64,000 bases of DNA. It comes from a virus. The translations under genes and the position numbers were made by a program. The notes beneath the pieces are model-generated. The model saw only the letters and a program-made list of their open reading frames with translations, searched no databases and was not told the origin of the DNA. The DNA lies in the IMG/VR virus record IMGVR_UViG_3300006737_000029, positions 8,126 through 72,125 of that record, one strand, 5' to 3'. Shown here piece by piece: positions 57,238-64,000 of this stretch (position 1 is the first letter of the stretch; each line of letters begins with the position of its first letter).

Positions 57238-58139
57238 TGAGCGTATCACATAAATATAGAACATTTGATGAACTTTTAGAATCAGTTAGAGTTGACTTTT
57301 CAACTTATGATCTTGAAGGTATGATTGAACCTCAACAATTAATTAAAGTAGCAATTAGAGTTAATTATGATTTAGGTTTAAAAATTAATAGAACAAATAG
57401 TGCAATAATAGATATTGAAAACAGCAAAGGTCAATTACCATCAGATTTTAAAACATTAAATTTTGCTGCAATATGTGGTAAGTATAGAGTAAATACAACC
57501 ATGCCTTCAGGAACTACTACAGAAACACAAGATCTTACTTGGACACCTGAACCTGGATATACTGCTCCTTGTACAGATGGGAAAACATGTAAAGATGTAT
57601 GTATTGTACAACCTTGCCCAGAAGATAAATCAAAAGATTATATGATAGTTCAAAGAGTTGGGCCATCTACATATAGAGAATTTAGCACATTTATACCATT
57701 AAGAATTACAAGTTTATCATCTGCATATTGTACTACAGAGTGTCCTAACTTAGGAGTAACTGCAGTTGATTACGCAGAACTTAAAGACGGTTTTATTTTA
57801 ACAAATTTTAAATCAGGAAAAATATTCTTAAACTATCAAGCAACATTAGAAGATGAAGGAGGAAATCTTTTAACTCTAGATCATCCTTATTGTAATGAAT
57901 ATTATGAGTATGCATTAAAATCTAGAATATTAGAAAATATGATTTTTGCAGGTGAGAATGTTTCTAATCAATCATCAATGATTGAACAAAGATTAAGAGC
58001 TGCTAGAAATAATGCTTTAAGTTTTGTTAATACACCGGATTTTGAAGAGTATAGAAAAATATGGGAAGTTAATAGAAAAGCACAGTACAATAAGTATTAT
58101 GATATGTTTTCAAGTTTTGCTACAAATAGAAGAAGTTAA
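57237..58139 (+). CDS. tail tubular protein (P22 gp4-like ring protein)
   Basis: IENSKGQLPSDF, FILTNFKSGKIFLNY, YYEYALK; directly precedes the muzzle gene. Confidence 0.6.
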   Translation: MSVSHKYRTFDELLESVRVDFSTYDLEGMIEPQQLIKVAIRVNYDLGLKINRTNSAIIDIENSKGQLPSDFKTLNFAAICGKYRVNTTMPSGTTTETQDLTWTPEPGYTAPCTDGKTCKDVCIVQPCPEDKSKDYMIVQRVGPSTYREFSTFIPLRITSLSSAYCTTECPNLGVTAVDYAELKDGFILTNFKSGKIFLNYQATLEDEGGNLLTLDHPYCNEYYEYALKSRILENMIFAGENVSNQSSMIEQRLRAARNNALSFVNTPDFEEYRKIWEVNRKAQYNKYYDMFSSFATNRRS

Positions 58140-58141
58140 AA

Positions 58142-61100
58142 ATGGCCAAGAAGCAACAAAAAGGTAAACAGCAACCGAAATCCAATGATCTAATAAATAC
58201 TAATGTATTTGTTAAAGGGATGGTTAAAGATACTGACTCATCTTATTTTGATAAGCAGAGTTGGTATCATGCTAGAAATCTTATAAATAATTCTGTAGAC
58301 GGTGATCTTGGTGTAGTGGGTAATGAACCTGCTAATTTAAGATGTGCTGAAATTCCATATACAATTATTGGAGGAATTCATTTATATGGTGATACCTGGG
58401 TTATATATTCTACAAATGATACGCTTAGTGAAATAGGATTATTTGATGACAGCAAATGTGAATATACAACATTAGTCAATGATCAATGCCTTAACTTTAA
58501 TCAAGACAATCTTATTATAGGAGCAGCAAAAGAAAATTTTGATTGTACATGGCAAGTATATTGGGATGATGGTTTAAATCCTTCACGTACATTAAATATA
58601 GATAATATTCCTTATGAAAAGATTATTGATCCTAATACTCCAGCAGGTTCAACTTGTATAGAATATATAAACGCTACACCGTTAAGACTAGATTGTGAAC
58701 AAATTAGATTAGCTCCACTAGTAGATAATCCTTGTATAGTATTAGAAAAAGCTGATCAAGGTGGTTTCCTTGAAAATGGAAGTTATCAAGTTTATGTTGC
58801 ATATGTAATACATGATAAACCGGTAACAGATTATATAGGTATATCAAATATACAATCAATATGGTCTCATGAAGATACGCAAGGTTCACTATTAATTAAA
58901 CTTTCTAATCTAGATAAAGACTTTGAGTTTATTAGTGTTGTGATACGTTCAAGAGTAAAAGGACAACCAGTAAACACAGAGCTTGGAATTTATAGTACCC
59001 AAACAGAAACTATAAATGTAGATTCAATAAATGCTGAATTACCAAAAATATTATCAAGCGTACTACAAAGAAGAAACCCAGCATATGAAAAGTCTGACGG
59101 TATGTATGTTGTTAATGATTATTTAATAAGAGCACAACCTACAGAACAATTTGATTTTAATTATCAACCGTTAGCAAATCAAATAAGTACATATTGGACC
59201 TCTACTCAATACCCATCTAATTACTATAAGAATGGTGGTAACAAGCCTACATTACTTAGAGATGAACAATATGCCTTCTTTATAAGATTTATTTATAATA
59301 CTGGAGAAAGATCTAAGTCATACCATATACCAGGAAGAGCTCCTCAACCAGGTGAAACAGCTCTTATAGGTGGAAATAATTCTATTGACCCTAATGATAC
59401 AGTATTTAAAGGAAGTAACACAGCTTCTTCAACACCAGGTGATCCTTTTATTAACCCTATGCTTGGAACAAATTCTGATGATGGTGGTGTTATTATTGAT
59501 GGTGGACCAATGGGTTATTGGGAATCTACAGAGGTGTACAATCCTACAGATTCAGTAAGATGGGCAAACTTATGTGGTCTTCCAATTAGACATCATAAAA
59601 TTCCTGATGAAACAGTAGGAGGATTGGGAACACCTGTATCAACTAACTTAGGTAACTTTATTAATGTAATAGGAGTTGCATTTGATAATATTGCTGCTCC
59701 TGTATATAATGATGGTACGGTTATACCTAACATAGTAGGTTATGAAATATTAGTAGGAAGTAGAGCAGGAAACAGATCTATTCTAGCTAAAGGTATTATG
59801 AAAAATATGTTTAGGTTTCAAAGAAATCAAAATGATACAGCTGCTGGTACAGGTCTTTTACCAAATTATCCTTTTAATGATTTAAGAGGTGATCCTTATT
59901 TAATAAACAGAGATACAGGAAGTAATGAACTACCATGGTATGCACAAATAAATGGTGCATTTAATGGTGCACAAATTGAAAGTAACTGGCATAGAGGTAA
60001 TAGAAGTCAGGCAGATGGAAGCGGTTTTCAACCAACTCAAGTAGATCTTAGAACATATACTTTTCATTCTCCAGAGTTAAATTTTTCTAAATTATATCTT
60101 AATCCTAGTGAAATAAGAGCTTATAAAACACTACAGGCAGAGGTAAATGGTAGATTTAAAAAGTCAGAAGATCATCCACAACATAAACTATTAAAGAATA
60201 GATCAGCAACAGTTGCAGCATTAATTGGTGTAGGTTATGCTTTAGCAGAAATGCGTGGTAAAAGAGATTATAAGATAGATACAATGCAGTCTCATTCTAT
60301 TGGTGAATTTGGAGCATATGGTCTAGGTTCTGGTACACACATGTCACCAATGGCTGGTGTTGGTACAGGACTTGCTGCTGCAAATGCAGGTGCAGGATCT
60401 GGAAGTATCTGGGGGGGTGTAGCTGCAGACTTAGCATTTAACACAGCTGTGGATTTAGCAGCAGTCTTTGGTGGTGGTAAAATAGTAAGACAAGTTGGTA
60501 CTCCAATTTATCAACAAGCTGAAACAGTTGGTGCTATGTTAGCAGCTGGACACATTGGTCCAAAAAGATCTATTCAATATAATGGAACAGATTTTACTTC
60601 TGTACCTTCATTAATGTCAGTTGCAATTGGTCTTGTTTCTTTCTTAAACTACGTTGCTGTTGGTGGTGATAAAATAATTGACTTAATATTAAATCTTATA
60701 GGTTTTCAAGATTATGCAGTTAAGTATATATCACATGGTTATTATAATCAAGAAAATCAATTTGGAGGCCCACAATGGAGAATTGGAGTAGATAAAGCAA
60801 GATATATTAAAAGTGCTTTACAATCATTTGATGGTGTTGATCAAGTACAAAATAACTTAAGACCATCCACAGTAGTTGTTAGAACAACACAAAGTTGGAT
60901 GACCTCTTGGCCAATTAACAATGGGATGACAGATAATACAAAATTTACCATTGGGGCTGGACCATGTGCTGGTGATGGTGGTCATAGTATGAACTGGTAT
61001 GATCCAGGTGAAGAAGTTAGATCTACAGCGTTTGCAAATTATGTTGCATTAAAAACACCTATGGATAATCAATACGGACAATTAGAAGGTATTATCCAGC

Positions 61101-64000
61101 TCAATACTCAAGGATGTTATAATTTTAAAGATCAACAAGATGTAGATGAACTTGGTAACTTAATACCTATTACTCCAGCTTTAAGATTCTCAACAGATAC
61201 TGTATATGCAGGTGACTGTTATATTGGCAGATATACTGAAAAAACAATTATGCCATTCTTTTATACATTCTTAAAAGCAGGTAAAGATGGTATTGCGTTT
61301 GACTATTCAAAGTATGCAAATGTACCATTTCCAAGATTTTGGATGAATACTGAAAAGTATAGGATGGATGAGTTTGTAAGACCTATTACTTCTTTAAGCT
61401 TTGACTGGAGCACTGGTGAAGCCCTTCCTTCTGGATATTATAATCTAGATGCTCCTGAAAATGGAGGATATTGTGGAGGTGTAAGTGAAGGAGCCGTCTT
61501 TGGTGAAGGTGGTTTAGCAGGTACTACAAATCAAGCTGGAGAAACGACTGGTAGTGGTTCAGGTACTACATCAGCCACCGCAGGTGCTTCATCAAGTTTT
61601 GGAGGTGCTCTATGGACAGATTTAAGTGCTGACTGGAATGTTGCTAATAATGATGCAGCATTTAACAATAGATTCCAAGTAATACAAATTGGTTATTCTG
61701 GTTGGGCCACACCTAATCTTGGAGGAGGAGATGATATTCCTTATACAGTTAAAATGAATAGTGGTAGTCCAGCATGGGAAATTATAGGCGCTGGTCAAAA
61801 TGAAATAACAATTACTCCAGCTGCAGGTCTTCTTAATCCAACTGGAGGAGGACCTGCTTTAGTAGAAGCTATTCAAACTACTCCTAATTTTAATATAAAG
61901 TTAGATGATCACGGTTGGGATACTCCACTAGCGTCACCAGGAGGAAATAGACCACCTATTAATCCTTATTTTAGTTGTAACGCAGCGTTATACCGTGAGT
62001 TTAGAGATTTTGTAAGAGAAGATAGAGATGATGATATACCTATACCACCAATATTTAACAGTATAGGAGATTTAAGATGTAGAGTTATATTTGATTGGTC
62101 TACAGGAACTATGGTAGGTTTGACAAATCTTTCAGTAGGGTACTATGCTTCTGATAGTACTCAAATAACTACTAACGGTACTGGTGAGGTAAGTGATCTT
62201 ATATTAAACGCAGGTAGTTTCTTTTTTGGAAATGATTCAGTAACAGTTAGTATTGCAAATAGTGGATGGCCTACTGCAGGTTGTATTCAGCAAGGAACTT
62301 TGAATGGTAATCAATTTCAAGCAAATGGAGGTAATATAACATCACAATTAAAAAGTGCAGTTTTTGCAGGTGGTCCTGGAGATGTAGACGCTATTATTGA
62401 AGACTTAGAGTCATCTGCAGACGCTTCAATGTTTGTAAATGGAAATACTGGTGTAAATGGAGGACAGGCAACAGGTGGTTTATTTGTTGTTAAAACTGGA
62501 TACATGTATACACATAATTGTGGTATAAATGATTTCTATGTTGAATCATCAATAAACCTTGCTTATAGAGATTGGGAAGAGGTTGACCGTAAAAGACATT
62601 ATGATCATGATGAATATACTGACTTAGTTGAATTATTTCATGCAAAAATAATAAACTTTGATAACTATTATTTTGCTGATAGATCAACTGCGGTAGATAA
62701 ATTCTGGGGATCAAGTTGGGGACAAATACAAGAAAGATGGTATGATCCTTATGTTTCAGAAACATGTTTTATAAAATATCCTAAAAGATTATTATATTCT
62801 GCACCAGCAACTGGGTGGATTGATAAAGCATCTATGGGAAATAAAAATGATGCAAAACAAGATTTTTGGAGAGTTTATTTATCAGAGAACTTTAGAGATT
62901 TTAAAGATAAAGTAACTACAATAAAACCTGTAAATCAAACAGGTGCTTTAATAATGTTTCCTACATTATCACCTAAATTATTTCAAGGTCAAGATAGATT
63001 AAAATTAAGTAACACAAAAATAACAATTGGTGATGGAGGATTATTTAGCCAAGCTTTTCAAAATATTACAAACTCTGATTTATCACATGAGTATGGATCT
63101 TGTGAAAGTGCAAGAAGTGTATTAAATACTCCATCTGGCATATACTTTGTATCACAGGCTCAAGGAAAAATATTTCAGTATGCTCCAGGATCAGCATTAA
63201 CAGCAATTTCTGATCAAGGAATGAAATGGTGGTTTAATAAATTCTTACCATCTAAGCTTTTGGAATTCTTCCCACTTATAGAAGATTGTCCTCAAGCTGT
63301 TGATAACCCTGTTAATGGAGCAGGAGTACAAACTGTATATGATCCAAATAATGATATAATTTATTTCTGTAAGAAAGATTATTTACCTATTGATCAAAAT
63401 ACAGATTTAAAAGAAATGTGTATAGAATACATACCTTGTGAAGGTTTTGTATACAATGCAACAATATGTGAAGGATTAGAACCAACTCCTATATGTCCAG
63501 ATGGTTTTACATATAACGCAGTTACACAGATGTGTGAACAAACAGTTATTCAACCTGCTCTAGAAACAAGTGAAGAAGGGGGTGAAGTTGACATTGTTAT
63601 TGCAGTTGACTCATCTAATTCTGTTAATGGTAACTCTAACGTTGCAAATATGCAAAACTTCATAGATGATTTTGTAAGTGGATTGTCTGCACAATTAGCT
63701 ACAGGCCAAGTGCGTATTGGACTGGTTCATTTTGGAGGTGGTAGAGATACAGCAGGAGCTTTAGCTTTAGGGGGTAACCCTGCAGGCGCTGATACAATGT
63801 TTGAACCTGGTCAACAGGTTATGTTAACATCAGATTCTGCTATATTAAATAATTGGGTAAGTACCACATATAATACAGCATGTCTTAATGTAGACGTACC
63901 TGCAGGAACATCAATTATAGGGGGTATATGGTGTGGTTTAAATTTACTATATGGAACAAATTCAAGAAATGTACCTAAGAAATTAATAACAATATTAGAC
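58142..64000 (+). CDS. tail stabilisation/muzzle protein (P22 gp10-like), >1950 aa, truncated by the window end; not in ORF track
   Basis: ATG 58142; FVKGMVKD...WYHARN...GDLGVVGNEPAN N-terminus; LRDEQYAFFI, PIRHHKIPD, TFHSPEL, AGDCYIGRY motifs; in-frame vWA near the end. Confidence 0.78.
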   Translation, partial: MAKKQQKGKQQPKSNDLINTNVFVKGMVKDTDSSYFDKQSWYHARNLINNSVDGDLGVVGNEPANLRCAEIPYTIIGGIHLYGDTWVIYSTNDTLSEIGLFDDSKCEYTTLVNDQCLNFNQDNLIIGAAKENFDCTWQVYWDDGLNPSRTLNIDNIPYEKIIDPNTPAGSTCIEYINATPLRLDCEQIRLAPLVDNPCIVLEKADQGGFLENGSYQVYVAYVIHDKPVTDYIGISNIQSIWSHEDTQGSLLIKLSNLDKDFEFISVVIRSRVKGQPVNTELGIYSTQTETINVDSINAELPKILSSVLQRRNPAYEKSDGMYVVNDYLIRAQPTEQFDFNYQPLANQISTYWTSTQYPSNYYKNGGNKPTLLRDEQYAFFIRFIYNTGERSKSYHIPGRAPQPGETALIGGNNSIDPNDTVFKGSNTASSTPGDPFINPMLGTNSDDGGVIIDGGPMGYWESTEVYNPTDSVRWANLCGLPIRHHKIPDETVGGLGTPVSTNLGNFINVIGVAFDNIAAPVYNDGTVIPNIVGYEILVGSRAGNRSILAKGIMKNMFRFQRNQNDTAAGTGLLPNYPFNDLRGDPYLINRDTGSNELPWYAQINGAFNGAQIESNWHRGNRSQADGSGFQPTQVDLRTYTFHSPELNFSKLYLNPSEIRAYKTLQAEVNGRFKKSEDHPQHKLLKNRSATVAALIGVGYALAEMRGKRDYKIDTMQSHSIGEFGAYGLGSGTHMSPMAGVGTGLAAANAGAGSGSIWGGVAADLAFNTAVDLAAVFGGGKIVRQVGTPIYQQAETVGAMLAAGHIGPKRSIQYNGTDFTSVPSLMSVAIGLVSFLNYVAVGGDKIIDLILNLIGFQDYAVKYISHGYYNQENQFGGPQWRIGVDKARYIKSALQSFDGVDQVQNNLRPSTVVVRTTQSWMTSWPINNGMTDNTKFTIGAGPCAGDGGHSMNWYDPGEEVRSTAFANYVALKTPMDNQYGQLEGIIQLNTQGCYNFKDQQDVDELGNLIPITPALRFSTDTVYAGDCYIGRYTEKTIMPFFYTFLKAGKDGIAFDYSKYANVPFPRFWMNTEKYRMDEFVRPITSLSFDWSTGEALPSGYYNLDAPENGGYCGGVSEGAVFGEGGLAGTTNQAGETTGSGSGTTSATAGASSSFGGALWTDLSADWNVANNDAAFNNRFQVIQIGYSGWATPNLGGGDDIPYTVKMNSGSPAWEIIGAGQNEITITPAAGLLNPTGGGPALVEAIQTTPNFNIKLDDHGWDTPLASPGGNRPPINPYFSCNAALYREFRDFVREDRDDDIPIPPIFNSIGDLRCRVIFDWSTGTMVGLTNLSVGYYASDSTQITTNGTGEVSDLILNAGSFFFGNDSVTVSIANSGWPTAGCIQQGTLNGNQFQANGGNITSQLKSAVFAGGPGDVDAIIEDLESSADASMFVNGNTGVNGGQATGGLFVVKTGYMYTHNCGINDFYVESSINLAYRDWEEVDRKRHYDHDEYTDLVELFHAKIINFDNYYFADRSTAVDKFWGSSWGQIQERWYDPYVSETCFIKYPKRLLYSAPATGWIDKASMGNKNDAKQDFWRVYLSENFRDFKDKVTTIKPVNQTGALIMFPTLSPKLFQGQDRLKLSNTKITIGDGGLFSQAFQNITNSDLSHEYGSCESARSVLNTPSGIYFVSQAQGKIFQYAPGSALTAISDQGMKWWFNKFLPSKLLEFFPLIEDCPQAVDNPVNGAGVQTVYDPNNDIIYFCKKDYLPIDQNTDLKEMCIEYIPCEGFVYNATICEGLEPTPICPDGFTYNAVTQMCEQTVIQPALETSEEGGEVDIVIAVDSSNSVNGNSNVANMQNFIDDFVSGLSAQLATGQVRIGLVHFGGGRDTAGALALGGNPAGADTMFEPGQQVMLTSDSAILNNWVSTTYNTACLNVDVPAGTSIIGGIWCGLNLLYGTNSRNVPKKLITILD

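Noticed and set aside
29802-62765. Short antisense or alternate-frame ORFs in the rightward arm (e.g. 34903-35241, 39744-40031, 40415-40849, 53254-53625, 59370-59558)
   Set aside because: They lie within or opposite strongly supported genes (groES, portal, scaffold, muzzle) and show no independent motifs.
1-64000. Stop-codon reassignment (TAG or TGA), known in some crAss-like phages
   Set aside because: Long genes are intact in the standard code, and TAG/TGA terminate well-defined genes such as phoH; coding density is already high.
47471-64000. Diversity-generating retroelement targeting the fibre genes
   Set aside because: No reverse transcriptase in the window and no near-identical TR/VR pair differing at adenines was seen; the repeats are protein-level and diverged.
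1-64000. Integrated prophage or host chromosomal DNA
   Set aside because: No integrase, att-like junction or host housekeeping block; the whole window has phage-like organisation.

Overview
AT-rich 64-kb segment of a lytic dsDNA phage with a Crassvirales-like (crAss-like) gene set and gene order, probably infecting an environmental Bacteroidota/Flavobacteriia host. The host inference rests on Bacteroidota TAnnTTTG promoters, SD-less A-rich translation starts and SprB/GCTD adhesin repeats. The left arm (1-23.6 kb, minus strand) holds early/replication genes: family B DNA polymerase, PD-(D/E)XK exonuclease, MoxR AAA+/vWA-metallopeptidase module, RusA-like resolvase, primase, AAA_24 ATPase, DnaB helicase, a DnaA domain IV-like protein, SF2 helicase and HNH nuclease. 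After a strand switch at about 23.7 kb, the right arm (plus strand) holds late genes: a 2211-aa multidomain protein, PhoH, a YkuD-like lysin candidate, HU/IHF-like proteins, GroES, terminase, portal, major capsid, ring/tail proteins, a Cys-rich adhesin and a truncated muzzle/tail-stabilisation gene. The most interesting observations are: (1) the 2211-aa protein is a string of effector domains (protein kinase-like, polyvalent-protein domain, lysozyme) separated by a repeated K-x-GG-x-LPKAQ-x-G linker; (2) the MoxR/vWA pair is flanked by three proteins sharing an unnamed helical motif, two of them with BRCT-like domains; (3) an unannotated 30-aa lysine-rich AT-hook-like peptide shares its tail with an inverted gene 29 kb away; (4) there are two promoter classes and C-terminal tails resembling host replisome-binding motifs. 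All assignments come from reading motifs by eye; no database searches were run.
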